A DNA stretch of 64,000 bases from Felis catus (lineage: Eukaryota). The notes under the pieces are model-generated. The model searched no databases, had not been told where the DNA came from, and saw only the letters and a list, made by a program, of their open reading frames with translations. The stretch's first letter is position 1. The number at the start of each line of letters is the position of its first letter. Both the position numbers and the translations under genes were made by a program. The stretch lies in NCBI RefSeq assembly GCF_018350175.1, contig NC_058368.1, forward strand, positions 231,386,001 through 231,450,000, written 5' to 3'. Shown here piece by piece: positions 48,998-62,764 of the stretch.

Positions 48998-50187
48998 CTG
49001 TTACTGCTTTTAAATATTAATTCTGTTTCCTGAAAGAATGAGCTAAAGAATTCAAGAAATTCTAAAGCACATGGAGGGGAAACTAAGTTCTCCAGAACAG
49101 AAAATTGCTACAAGGGGGAAATAGGCAATTTGACAGTGTGCATACATTATATTGTTACAAATGCATCAGACTGTTTAGCACCGAACTGCAGGATATGTTT
49201 TCACAGAGCATAGTAGTTTTGAAGACGTGACAAGTGATTAATGTCGTACTTAGTGGGATAGTTTCTAAGAAGTGAATTAGATTTCTTGGATGTGGAAGTG
49301 GTTGAAGGTGTATATGAGGTATTTTGCCTCATGAGGGTGGCATTTGTCCCATTGAAGCAATGATGGAATAAGATTCATTTTAATGAATTTAGAGAATTAA
49401 AATTCCAAGATGAGTGTATTTGATTGGAGTGGTTTCAGGAATCACCAGATTATTAGGAATATATGATCGAACCCAATTGGGGCAGCTGCCTGACTGACAG
49501 TAATCTGTTGGTGTCATTTCTAAGTCACCCCTCCTTTTTTTTAAAAGTTTTAATTTAAACTCCAGCTAGTTAACCTACAGGGTAATATTAATTTCAGATG
49601 TATAGTATAGTGATGCAACACTTACGTACGTCACCCAGTGCTCATCACGACAAGTGCCCTCCTTCATCCCCATCACCTATTACACCCACCCCCAGCCCCC
49701 TCCTCACTGGTAACCACCCATTTGTTCTTCATAATTAAGAGTCTGTTTCTTGGGTGTCTCTCTCTGTCTCTCTCTTTTTCCCTTTGCTCATTTGTTTTGT
49801 TTCTTAAATTCCACAGATGAGTGAAATCATATGGAATTTTTTTTCTCTGACTTATTTTGCTTAGCATAATATTCTCTAGCTCCATCCTTGTTGTTGCAAA
49901 TGGCAGGATTTCATTCTTTTTTATGGCTGCGTAGTATTCCAGTATAGATATTCTATATATCTAGTATATCTATATATCTAGATGTGTGTGTGTGTGTGTG
50001 TGTGTGTATTGGAATATATGTCTTTTTATGGCTGAGTAATATTCCAGTACACACACACACGTGCACACACACACACACACATTCATCTTCTTTATCCATT
50101 CATCAGTTGATAGACACTGGGATGTTTCCATAATTTGGCTACAGTAAACAATGCTGCTATAAACATTTTTGGTGGAGTCTTGCAGTC

Positions 50188-50365
50188 TTTTTTTTTTTAA
50201 GTTTATTTATTTACTTTGAGTGGGAGAGCGAGCAGGGCAGGGGCAGAGAGAAGGGGAGAGAGAAAATCCCAAGCAGGTTCCATGCTACAGCAAGACCTTG
50301 GAAACCGTGATCTGAGCTGAAATCAAGAGTTGGACGCTTCACCAACAGAGCCACCTAGGCACCCC
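50188..50365 (-). mobile_element. Can-SINE nested in L1
   Basis: polyT, 'gatctgagctgaaatcaagagttggacgc...gagccacctaggcacccc'. Confidence 0.9.
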
Positions 50366-51661
50366 TTGGGTTTTCTATATAGAGTATCATGTCATCTGCA
50401 AATAGTGAAAGTTTTACTTCTTCGTTACCAATTTAGATGCCTTTTATTTCTTTTTGTTCTCTGATTGCTGAGGTTAGTTCTCCCAGTACTATGTTGAATG
50501 AAAGCGGTAAGAGTGGGCATCCCTGTCTTGTTCCTGATTATAGAGAAAAAGCTCTCAGTTTTCCCCCATTTAGGATGGTATTAGCTGCAGGTTTTTCATA
50601 ATGGCCTTTATTATGTTGAGGTATGTTCCCTCTAAACCTACTTTGTTGAGGGTTTTTATCATGAATGTGTGATGTACTTTGTCAAATGCCTTTTCTGCAT
50701 TTATTGAGATGATCATATGGTTCTTACCCTTTCTTTTGTTAATGTGGTGTATCACACTGATTGATTTGCAAATATTGAACCACCCTTGCAACCCAGGAAT
50801 AAATCCCACTTGATTGTGGTGGGTGATTTTTTTAATGTTTGCTAGTATTTTGTTGAGCATTTCTACATATGTGTTCATCAGATATATTGGCCCGTGGTTC
50901 TCTTTTTTGGTGGAGTCTTTATCTGGTTTTGGTATCACAGTAATGTTGGCCTCATAGAATGAACTTGGAAATTTTCCTTCCTTTTCTACTTTTTGAAATA
51001 GTTTGAGAAGAATGGGTATTAACTCTTCTTTAAATGTTTAGTAGAATTCACTTGTGAAGCCGTCTGGTCCTGGAGTTTTGTTTGTTGGGAGTTTTTTGAT
51101 TACTGACTTAATTTCTTTGCTAGTTATTGGTCTGTTCAAATTTTCCATTTCTTCCTGTTTCAGTTTTGGTAATTATATGTTTCTATGAATTTATCCATTT
51201 CTTCTATGTTTTCCAATTTGTTGACATATAATTTTTCATAATATTCTCTTATAATTGTTTACATTTCTGTTGTGTTGGTTATTTCTCTTCTCTCATTTGT
51301 GAGTTTATTTATTTGGGTCCTTTATCTTTTCTTTTTGATAAGTCTGGGTAGAGGTTTATCAGTTTTGCTAATTTTTTCAAAGAACTAGCTCCTGGTTTCA
51401 TTGATCTATTCTATTGTTTTTTGTTTTTGTTTCTTAGTTTTATATCACTCATTTCTGCTTATATTTATTATTTCTTTCCTTCTTCTGTCCATAGGATTTA
51501 TTTGTTGTTCTTTTTTCATCTCCTTTAGGTATAAGGTTAGGTTGTTTATTTCAGATTTTTCTTGCTTCTTGAGGTGGACCTATATTGTTATATACTTCCC
51601 TCTTCAGACCACTTTGCTGCATCCCAAAGGTTTTGGACCATTGTGTTTTCATTTTCATTTG

Positions 51662-51662
<1 letters not shown>

Positions 51663-51704
<42 letters not shown>
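51663..51704. repeat. (CA)n microsatellite inside L1
   Basis: Directly visible. Confidence 0.98.
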
Positions 51705-51707
<3 letters not shown>

Positions 51708-54700
51708 TTCTTTTTCGATTTCCTGGTTGACCCATTCATTGTTTAGTAGGATGTTTTTTAACCTGCATGTATTTGTGGTCTTTGAAGGTTTTTTCTTGTG
51801 GTTGACTTCTAGTTTCGTAGTGTTGTGGTCAGAAAATAAGCCATTCCTCCTTGATGGAAGTCATTCTTTCCCCTCATCCCACCATGATGTCTGTATGGGT
51901 CCCAACTCTAACAGTGATTAATTAAAGGGCAGTCACTTGACTTGAAATAAAGTGTTAGTAACTTCCCTTGCTAGCCACAATAATTGGTCTTGGGGTGGCA
52001 TTTAACTAGGGTTACACTTATTCTGGTTTGCTTGGATTTCTTCCCTTCCAAAATTGAAAGACCTATATATCCTGGGAACCTCCTCAGTATTAGGAAAACT
52101 GGATGGTTGGTTATCCAACATTTAACTAAACTGGCTTAGTTTAACTAAGAGGGGATTGGGACTAGAAATGGAGTCTTTCTTTTTCTGGCCACAAAACTGT
52201 GAAGATGTAAGTCCAGAGTAGTTGGCAGCTCTGTTTCCAACCTCAGGACTAAGCTCATTTGATAGTAAAGCCTACTGGCAGAGAATGAGATGGAGACAGA
52301 ATCTGAAACCATTTCAGTCCCTGGCCCCATCTCCCCAACTTTGGCAAGGAAAACGTGCTTAATAAGAGCCATTGGGCCCCTTTCTTTGCCCAAATGTTTC
52401 TAATTGGGCTTCTGTCAATTGCAATCAAGAAATCCTAATGCAATATGTTTGCCCCAGAGAAGCTCAGGAGCTTCTAACTTTTAATCTTTTTAGTTATAAT
52501 TTTTCCCAGTTTTGTAAAACTTACCAAAAAAAAAAAAGGTAGAGGCGTTTTAAATAGTAATTGAAATTTAGGTTGGAAAGGACCTTAGAGGGTTTGAAGG
52601 CTAATCTTGCAGATAGGCAGAATTCCTGTCTACAAAATGCCTGGAACAATTTGGTACACTTCACTTTTCTTCTCTTGTTATCAAGCCCAGTTTCATTATA
52701 GCTTCTAAGGCATCTCATGTCTGACACGAACCTAGTACCTGATATGGGGCTTGGTACATAGAGGCATGCTGCATTTGATAACTGGCTTACTGTTGAATGG
52801 ATGCATGTTTAACTGAACTTAACTCAGTTGTAATGATCCCTTAAATTTAATTTTATATTTGGAGTTTGGAAGAGAGTCTTAGAAAATTACAGTCATATTA
52901 TTAAGGATAAGGAATTCTTATAACCATAGTTTATCATGCATATTGTGTTACACAGGCCAAATAAATTTTGGCCATTTATGTTTTACAGTTTCTCTTTTGG
53001 ATGTTTGAGAATGTGGCTTTATTTTGACATATGATCATGTAGGATGTATAATAGTGATGTCCAAAATTTCTCTTTGGAAAAACAAAATTTTCTGTTGTAA
53101 CTTGTGCTTTTATGCTTTGGGAAAGAACTATCTGTTCACTTGGTCAGTAAAAATTGACCAAGAAAAATCCATTTTTATTGACCAAGTGCCTACCCTGTGC
53201 ATAGAAGTTTGAGGAGTTAGGAGCCTTCAGTCACCTTGCGATGTGTCGAAGAGATGGAAGATGTATCAGGGACCCTTGCAGCTGCAAGTAATAAAAAATA
53301 CTACTCTAACTGGCCTAAACAAAAGTGAGAAGTTTTTTGTTTATATAATGGAAAAGGTGGACCAGGCTCCAGGGCTCTCACACTGTTACCTTGTCCTAGC
53401 TGGCGTTCCCAGTTGTGAGCTCTACTTCCTCTGTGTGAATTCTTAGAAAGGACTCTTCTCCATCCCAAGGTGGTAAGATGGCTGCCACAGCAACTGAGTC
53501 TCTCTTTATTTTTAGGTTCAGGTGGGGATGAGGAGGGACAAAGCACGTGTCTTTCCACGAGCAATCCCAGCAGAGTCTCCTAGTTCCTCCTAGTTGTGAT
53601 TTTCTGTGTGGATTTTACTTCCCAAAATCAATGGCTGTAGCTAGAAGATTGCAATGCGCTGCTGGTTACCTTAGGCTTGCGTTACACCCCCCATTCTGGA
53701 ACCCGGCTGAGAATCTCAGAAGGTCTGGGACAGGCTTCCACAAGGATGAAGAAGGAGGCACGGTTGGTAGATGGAAAAACAATCAGCAGACATTTTCTAC
53801 GATTAGCAGACATTTCTGTTCACGATGTCTAGCTGAACAGCATTATGGGGTGTGAAGCCTTTTTTCTCCTGAGTATAAGTGGTGCTGAACTTTATCAATG
53901 TTAAAAAAAAAAAAAAGCTTTGCCTGAGTGATTTGTTGCTTCCTGTGCTGACACTGTTTCCATGCATTGAGAATCTTGGTTTCGGTCTTGTTTTAAATCC
54001 ACTTTAACCTGATGCAGTGTCTCCACCGGAGCCCCTCCCTGCCTCGCTGCCTCTCGTTGCCCGAGCTGGGCTCCCCCGGCCTCAGACCCGACCAGCCGGG
54101 CTCTGGCAGATGGATTCAGGGAATTTGAAACAAGTGCCGGGTGATTGTGAAGTGCAGGTCGAGCTGTGCCTGTCGGCTCCTTTGGTTTAGAGAGGCGTTT
54201 CCCCCCTACATCTGGCGTCACCCCCCAGCCATCCCCAACCAGCTCACGCATCACCGTCTTGGCGACGTCTTCTTTGCCTGTCTCAGGAAGACTGGTTGTC
54301 CTCTGTAATGCCACCGCATCGTGCTCCAGCACTTTCTCATCGACATTTTGTGTCTCCGTTTCCTCACCAGATTTTGAGGGGCTTGTGGCCGGACTCGTGT
54401 CTTCTAAGCACTGGGTGTTGTGAGAGCGCACAAGAGAAGGGATTCTGAGCCGGGAGGGAAGGGAGCTGCCGTGTGATCTCCTGTCCGAGGGGCCGGTTCT
54501 GCATGCCCAGGGTTATCAGAATGGACGCTAGCAGAAAGTATTGGGAGTAACATTTCTACTTGTTTTTCCATAAAATCTTTCATTACTGTTTCTGGGTGTG
54601 TTTATAAGATACGTCATGTACCGTGTCATAGTACGTGTACATTGGTAATAAATATGAGTATAACTGATATGTTTATAAAGATGCATATATTGTAAATGCA

Positions 54701-54719
54701 GTTTTCAACAAATTTTAAA

Positions 54720-54937
54720 AAAACGTTTCGTGTTTATCTATTTTTGAGAGAGACAGAGATTCAGAACATGAGCGGGGGGAGGGGAAGAGGCAGAGAGGGA
54801 GACACGGAATCCCAAGCAGGTTCCAGGCTCTGAGCTGTCAGCACAGAGCCTGACACGGGATTCGAACCCACAAATGGTGAGATCGTGACCCGAGCTGAAG
54901 TCGGATGCTTAACCGACTGAGCCACCCAGACGCCCCC
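54720..54937 (-). mobile_element. Can-SINE
   Basis: Full body; TSD gttttcaaMaaattttaaa. Confidence 0.95.
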
Positions 54938-57900
54938 GTTTTCAAAAAATTTTAAAGGATGGAGTGTGTGGTCGAAAACAATTGGAGACTGTTGGTTTAG
55001 ATCATTGCTTTCCAATTTTTTCGTAACACCAATCCAGTCTAAGGACTGTTTCACATACGATTCTGCAAGTGTGTTGGTGGGTGTGTATCAACTGGAAGAA
55101 AAGTTTGAGGAAGTGGCATTTACTATGGATCCTGCAATGATTTCCGACATTTCCGATTCTGTGCTAATGCATTACAGCTCACTCTTAGCTCTCTACACAG
55201 ATGTCAACACCCCCTGTGCTGGCGGGCCACATCCCACAGCTTGGGATGTGCCAATGAGGATAATGAGGTTGCTGCTTGAATGAGGAGGGCTCTTGATCTG
55301 GAGCCTCGTGAATGTCTCCTAACAGAGAACCTGAAAAATGCCGCCTCCCCAGGCCTCAGTCCTGGTTGTCCTGAGGCCTGTGGGTTCAGACAATGTATGG
55401 TGTTCTTGTGGATGGTGAGGGATGCGCCCCTGGGAGAGGGGAGGAGTAGGAGAGAGGTCATGTGGGGAAGGACGGCTGGAAGATTGGTGTCCATCAGGGA
55501 CAAAGCTAGCTAGGCAGGCCTGGGCCTTGGGACTCAGGGGAGGGACTTTTGTACAAGGTGGAAAGCAAAAATTCATCAGCACTGTTAAGTCCCAGCAGCC
55601 TTATCATAGTCTGTCAGCTGAAAAGTATTAGCATAAATTTCTTTGGGCCCAGTCTGCGGGCCTTAATGAACTTGAGTTCCAAGCACACACTTTAAGGAAG
55701 TACGTCTGACTCGCTTTATCCCTGTTTTGGGTACAGTTGTCGATGAATGTTATGCCGCCATTCCCGATGGGTTAGCGATTCCACAGAGGTGGGGTTTCCA
55801 CCCAACAGCCCCATGCCTTTAGGACTCTTCCTGGGAAGGCTGTGGGCTTCTGTTAATTCCGGGGCTTCAGGTTTTCTCCTCCGACCTAGCAATGAGTGGC
55901 AACTGAATCCAGACTAAAGTCCGTGTTCGATTTCCTAAAATCAATGCCAAGGTGTTACCTATTTCTGCCATCCTTATCTAAACTTCCTTTTTCTTTCCTT
56001 GCGATCGCCCAGAAATGGCAGAAAGAAAAGTTTCTTTACGAGCTCCAAACAGCTACCCAACGGTCTACTCTTCTTCCTTTCAGACCTCCCTGTGCTTGGC
56101 CCCTGTTTCACTTAATGGGAAATTCATGGATGCTACCACTTTCCTTCGGAAGCTGTAATAAGAAAAGAGGATTCCATTTTGGACGTAACCCGGGCTATAC
56201 CTTTCAGCAGCCTTGAAATCATTCTGTAGTAATAATTCCTGCATGGCAAACCATGTGTGATCTTGAGGCTTTCTGGAATGAAAGGCTTGACGTTTAAAAT
56301 TGGATGCTATTGATAACCAGCCTCATAAGGCTGGCAAGGGGGTGTTTGAGCAGGGTCTTAATGCTCTAGTTTTCATTAACTAGTCACCGTGGCAGGAGTT
56401 TATTAAATCGCAAATCAGAAACTCTTAGTTAAAAGGGCTGGCTGGGATCCAATTAATATATTCATTTTTAATAGTGGGGCCCCAGGCTAGGAAAAGGCTA
56501 ACTCAGAAACGCGTCTGTGCGTTCCATCTGGGTCCTAGCTCCTGCGTTTTGAGGCTAAACTGGAACATTATTACCACGCTTGGCCAGTGCCCTTGGGTTC
56601 ACCTTCGATAGCTTTTCAGAGGAAGGCAGGGGAAGGCAGCCTGGGTTTTGCTCTTTTAGTAGTCCTAAGGATTTCCACCATCCCCTGGGTGGAGAGTTTC
56701 TTGCCGGTTGACCTTCTGATCAGCCAGGGGAGGTATAAAGTGGGGGTGTATCGATTGTCTTTGACTTTTGAGAAGACAAAGGTGCTTTCTGCTGATGGCT
56801 AAAACTAATTACAACACAGGACTGCTGGGTTTTCAGGATCTTAAACAAAGCACTACCCTGTGGTCTCCTAGGAAATCAAATAGAATCTAAGAGCAAAGGG
56901 AGAACCAACGTGGGAGAGCTCCCGTTTATGCCCCATGCTTATTTGACTTCTGCAAGTAGGAATTCTGTTTTGAGGGCTGATGTATTCCTTCTAATGGTCT
57001 TCCTTTGGTGACATAGGACCTGTGGGGCGACCACACTCGTGCCCGCACCCACTCGAAGCAGGGCTTGGTGTTTCTAAGCATCCCCCGAGCAGATCTGATT
57101 TGACCATGCATTAGTAAGAAAGGGATATTTGACGCGGGGTGTTCTGGACAGATGGAGAAGATCATTCGCATCGCCGTCTGCCCAGTAGACGTGGAATTGA
57201 GTTTCTCTTGGATGGCCCTGACCCCCCTGCCGGCATACTTCTCTGACTTCCACCCCAGCACACCCTCCGAAGTTCCCCTCTGTTTCCTGGGTCGGCTTGG
57301 GCTCTGGCTGGCAGCCTGAAGGCTCACTCAGCAGAGAGTGAGCAGAGGAGTGAGCTGCCGCCATCTGTTCAGCGTGCCTCGGTGCGCCCCTGGGTACCGG
57401 TCTGTGTCCTTGTTTGGCTGAGTCTGTATCCCCAGCTGCCCTCCTCCTCTTCCCACTGTCCCGTTGGTTGGGTTTCACACTCCAGTAGTGTTCAGCCTTT
57501 TTGAATATGGGACCTATAACCGGGTGCCTGGGCTGTTTCCTGCCAACTCTTGCCTCCTGACCTGAGGCTGTGATCTGCCTGGGTACAAAGTCAAGGGGGC
57601 TCAAGGGCCTCCTGAGAACTGATGAGGTTCTCGGACGCACGTCAGTCTTGTTGGCAGTGGTGCTCTGATCCTGACCCAGTGAGCGTGCCTGTCCTTTTAT
57701 CTTTTTCTGGAGGCCAAGTTTCCACTTGTACCCCAGTCTCACCGGCCAGACCCCTGTTTGGTTCCTTGGCTTCCATTTTTGCTCTAATAATGCACCCTAT
57801 AACCTGGGTCTCCTAAACCTGACCCCCTGCTTTGCTCTTGGAAGGCTATTCTAGATTCTGAAACTTCTCCCTGGTGTTTGGAGTCCTGCCCCTCCTCCTG

Positions 57901-57951
57901 ATCCTGATTTCCCCCTTGGGTCTCCCAATATTGCCTTCTGTAGATTACACG

Positions 57952-58402
57952 TGGTGGGCAGAACCCCCTCGCACAAGATGTCCTCATCCTAATCCCCAGA
58001 ACCTGTAAGTATGTCAGGTTGCATGGGAAAGGGGAGTTATGGTTGCCGATGGGATTAAGGTCGCCAATCAGCAGATGGGGAGATGACAAGCAAGGGTCCC
58101 TAAAACTGGAGGAGGGAGGCGGAAGAGGAGGTCAGAGTGATGTGATAGGAGAAGGACTCACCTTGCCGCTGGCTCAGAAGATGAGGGGAGGGAACACGAG
58201 CCAAGGAATGCAGGCAGCCCCGCAGAAGCTGAAAGAGATGAGGAACAGGCTGTCCCCTTAGAGCCGCCAGAGAGGAATACGGCCCTGCCGACTCCCTGAT
58301 TTTACCCCAGTGAAACCCATTTTAGCCCTCTGACCTTCAGAATTGTAAGATAATAAATTTGTGTTGTCTGAAGCCGCTAAGTTTATGGCAGCTCGTTACA
58401 GC
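57952..58402 (+). mobile_element. MaLR (MLT1D-like) solo LTR
   Basis: 'gtggtgggcagaa...agatgtcctcatcctaatccccagaacctgt...gccaaggaatgcaggcagcc...ctaagtttatggc...gttacagcagcagtaggaaac'. Confidence 0.9.
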
Positions 58403-58939
58403 AGCAGTAGGAAACCCACATATGTGTTCTCACTGCCCACCGGTTCTGTCACCCGGCATCTTCCACGCCTCCCCGTGCTGACCACCTGCCTGGATCACAC
58501 CCGCCACTCACCCTTGCCTGCATCTGGTGAGCACTCCGCTGAGTGCCCAGCACGGTCCAGGTGCTGTGTGCGACTCACTCACCACTTTATATAACCCGCC
58601 TTGCACCGATACCAGGAACCCTCTAGGTTGTGAGCTGGCCTGAGCCAATCTGGGTAAACACCGGTATGCTGGGTGTCTTTGGGTAGGTAACTCGGGAGGC
58701 GTTGCCCCTTTGCCTGCCTGCACACTGCATACCTTGCCTTGGCGGTAGAGCCCTCAATGGGGCCATGAGTGGCATGACCTGCCTTTTTGTGGCAGCTCAG
58801 TGCATGGGACTCTGGGCCGGCCACATGCTCCTCTGGTATAGGTGCTGGCCTGACTCCTGTGCCTCTTTCCTGTAGGTGCCTACCACCCACCAATCTTAAA
58901 TGCTGTTAATTTCACACACACATGCACATACACACACAG

Positions 58940-59450
58940 TGGAAAGTAATTGAAAGCAGGGCCCTGCACCTATATTTGCACACCCGTGTTCATAGAAACA
59001 TTATTCACAAGAGGCAAAAGGTGCAGACAACCCAAATGTTCATTAAAGGATGAATGGGTAAAACGTGGTCTATACATATGGTGAAATATCATTCAGCCTT
59101 ACAAAGGAAGGAAATCCTGCCCCATGCCACAGCACGGATGAACCTTGAGAACATTACGCGGAGCGAAATAAGCCAGCCACAAAGACGAATATTGTATGAT
59201 GCCATTGATATGAGGTATTCAGAGGAGTCAGATTCATAGAAAGTAGAATCATGGTTGCCAGGGGCCGGGCGGGGAGCGGGGGCAGGAGGGATAGGAAATA
59301 GTGTCTAATGGGTACAGGGTTTCAGTTTTGTAAGATGAAAGTTCTGGATGGAGGTGGTGGCTAAATAGCAATGCGGATGTATTTAAGGAACTACACCTGA
59401 AACTGGTTAGAATGGTAAATTGTATGTTATAAATATTCTACTACAGTAAA
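58940..59450 (+). mobile_element. L1MB-like 3' end
   Basis: 'tttgcacacccgtgttcatag..cattattcacaa', 'ggatgaaccttgagaacatta', 'gggtacagggtttcagttttg', 'aatggtaaattgtatgtta'. Confidence 0.85.
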
Positions 59451-59944
59451 CAATTTCTTAAGAGCTTCTTGTTCTGATTACTGAATGCTCTGGTGTTGCT
59501 TTTGATAAGGACATTTATATGCTAATTAAGCACGAAGGCTATAAACATGTGCAACCATATCACACAGTTAAGGTGTTCTGAAGTCTTCCTGTGGACCGTG
59601 TACCTCCTGACGTTCTGAGTGGCCAGCTGACCTGAGCCTGGTGCCTTCTCTTCCCTCCCACAGATAACCTAATCTCTAGCTCAACACCTGTTCAAGGTGC
59701 CTTGTTCTTTCTACTGGTTACTGAGCTCCAAGCTTCCATTCTCAGACATTCAGTACATCTCTTTGGAGAGGTAACTATAAGTGTTACTCAACTTCGTGAA
59801 AATGAAGTTTTCTAAATCCTGTAACTGTGGCTAAATTTAGTCACCTGTGGATGGACAACATTGGCCTTGCAGAGTGTCAGGGGATCATCTAGTCCACAAT
59901 CAGTTTCAATGGGCCCGTTTCCAATGCAATGGTTCCCCCCCCCC

Positions 59945-60131
59945 CTTTTTTTTTGAGAGAGAGAGAGAGAAAATCAGTGGGGAAAGGGCAGAGAGAGATG
60001 GGGACAGAGGATCCAAAGTGGGCCCTGCGCTGACAGCGAAGAACCTGATGTGGGGCTTGAACTCACGAACTGTGAGATCATGATCTGAGCTGAAGTTGGA
60101 CACTTAACTGACTGAGCCACACAGGTGCCCC
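59945..60131 (-). mobile_element. Can-SINE
   Basis: Body ending 'actgagccacacaggtgcccc'. Confidence 0.9.
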
Positions 60132-60152
60132 TCCCCTACTTTAAAAACATGC

Positions 60153-60201
60153 TTATTTATTTATTTTGAGAGACAGTAGGGGAGGGGTGGAGAAAGAGAG
60201 G

Positions 60202-60257
<56 letters not shown>

Positions 60258-60351
60258 CCCGAAAACAGGGCTCGATCCCATGAATGGTGAGATCATGACC
60301 TGAGCCAATATCAAGAGTCGGATGTTTAACTGACTGAGCCACCCAGGTCCC
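60153..60351 (-). mobile_element. Can-SINE with long (GA)n
   Basis: Body ending 'gactgagccacccaggtccc'. Confidence 0.9.
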
Positions 60352-62764
60352 TCTTCCCAACATTTTACAGTTTTCCAGAAGTTTCTCCATATACGGTTGT
60401 ATTCTGAGATTGCAGAAGGACATATCTTTTGGCAGGGGATATTTAACCCCATCATCATTTAAACCCACTACATCATCTGAACGAAATAGAGAATGCCAAG
60501 GAAGAAGGAGGTTGGGACAGAGTGGTGAGTTTGGTTTCGGGCATGAAGAATCTGAGGTGTCTATGGAATATCCAGGTAGAGATGTACAGAAGGTATATGA
60601 GTTGGGAACTCAGGAGAGTGGTTTGGGTATCATTGTCTGTGTTTTAGGTGAGAATAGGTAAGATTATTCAAGGACAGCATGTACAAGAAAAACAGTGGGT
60701 TGAGACTGCCTCATCTAGGAATGCCAACAATCAAGGGGAGGAGGAAGAGTCAGGGTCACCAAGGAGACCAAGAAGGAGTAGTCGCGGAGGGAAGAGGAGA
60801 ACCATGAGCCAGTCCTGTTACTGGGATGGGGGAATAGAGAGTCTCAAGGACAGTCCCCAAGGTCAACTATAGCAACGACACTAAGACAACTGCTGGGTTC
60901 TAAGGTATCTGGGTCGTCATGTTTGTGTGGACTTGAATTAGAGAGAGCCCTGTCTTTTTCCTGCTTGCCTGACAAGGCAGCATGTTTGTTTTTGTAACGA
61001 CAGTTGTCATAATATGTAATGGGCACCACAATGGCCATGACTAGGCGTGACTTGGCTGTCAGTAGGATGCTCTGAATTTTGGTGGTGGCATTTGAATTTT
61101 GAGATAATTACCTTAACTGGGTAGGGCAATATGCTGAATGGATCTAATTTCCCCTTACAAACTTCCGTCTGCTTTAATGCTCCTAATTATCACAATTGTA
61201 AGGTTGTTTGAGGGTAAAAAGTGATGGGAAGCAGAATTATAGGAAATTAGGTTAAAACGATGTGCAGTTGAAGGCAGAAAAGTAGGGGCACAGTTTTGTG
61301 TTACTGTTTGAGACATGATTGAGCTGCACAGGCCACTAATCCGTCTGGGATCCGACTGCGATGATGTTTCTCGTGAAGGCAGTGGTCTGGTGTACTCTGG
61401 GTTGATTAGTCATGGTTTGTTCATGCAGTCCCAAGTTAGTTGGTAGATTCCCACATGCTTTTGTACATCCAGCTCTCTTAGAATTAAGTAAATTCCTGGT
61501 ATTTTCTCTTTTCCACTTATGAAAGAACCAGAAACCCTGTTAATTTTGAAAGGTGGCTCTAAATATCAAATGCTCTCTATAAGCCTTTTTTGTTGGCTTT
61601 AGGCCTGAGTTTGAGTCACTTGGAACTTAGCAGATTGAATGTATTGGGCTGTGTTTTGCTTCAGTAAGAAACATCCCCAACATCTTGTGCTTAACACAAG
61701 AGTTTATTCTTAGTCTAACTTCCTATCCAACGTGGTGGGTGGATAGCTGTGCCCATACAATTTTCGGTGGCCCAGAATGTTGGAGCTTTACTGCTTTTTG
61801 GCTCTGCCATCTAGAACACACGGACTTCCAGATGGCCACAGCAGGAGAAGAGACCGTGGCTCTTTGCTACCTCAGATCAACCCACCCACCAGAAGCTAGT
61901 TTCGTGGTCTCTTGGCCCTCAAATGCAAGGGCCTGAGATGTGCAATCTTCCACTGGCCAGAGGGGGATGAGAACAGGATATTGGAGATGGCTAGTGATGT
62001 CCATCAGGAACTGATATAGGAAGTATCGGTGATATGCCCATTTCAGCACTAGTTAGTGTTTCGGCAGCCTTCCCTCGTGACTGGAATACCAACTGGCCTT
62101 CCAAAACATTGCTCGTTTGCTGGAAAATCTTCCCTGGGAAACTATGTAGTTTTGGATATGTGACTAAATGTTTGCCAGCTATATTTGGGGGTACCAAGGA
62201 GCCCATGCTACCTTCTCTGGAAACTTCCCTCCCCAGAAGATGTACCTAGGTAGCTTTTCTTCTCCTCTTCTAGTGACCCTCTATCACTGGACATCTCTGA
62301 TTGGGCCAACCCCATTGGCTGATGAGTGACCCATCAGATTTTCTTTCTCATAATTATAACAAGATGAGCTGTGATTGGGCTGTGAGTCCAGGGAACCTGC
62401 TAGGTGGATCCATCGTATTGATTCTCAACACCACATTCCAGAAAGCCAGAGTGCTTCTGTGAGAGTGAGTCCCCTGTCAGTCCCATTCCTGGGACACATG
62501 TCCTGGCAGGGGAGCCTGGTGGCCTGACCACCAAAATGTTGGTCAGGCTTTGATGGCTTACTCTTGCTATATGAAGCAGCACCCAGATGATGCCATGGAG
62601 TTGCATCCCCCTCTTCCCTGGAGTTGGGGGTGAGGGAAGTGCATAGAGCAAAGACACAGAACCAGATGTGGCTCTTTGCAGATGGCGTCAAGTCCGAGGG
62701 GAAGGAACTTAGTACCGGGTTCTGCCATCTGTTATCTGGAACATGACTGAAGGCAAATGCTATA

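Larger units (their letters stand above)
49535..51835 (-). mobile_element. Carnivore L1: 3' UTR plus degenerate ORF2 (reverse transcriptase region), with an internal deletion
   Basis: ORF 50570..50938(-) IPKPDKD.TKKEN..PI.LMN....LNKILAN...[42 protein letters not shown] is L1 RT; 49673..49885 reads the ORF2 end; jump from ORF2 end to RT near 50165. Confidence 0.95.

Noticed and set aside
50570..50938. Novel reverse transcriptase gene
   Set aside because: Ordinary degenerate L1 ORF2 fragment
53901..54431. 176-aa ORF, and similarly the 222-aa ORF at 57074-57742
   Set aside because: No recognisable homology, non-ATG starts and no convincing splice boundaries
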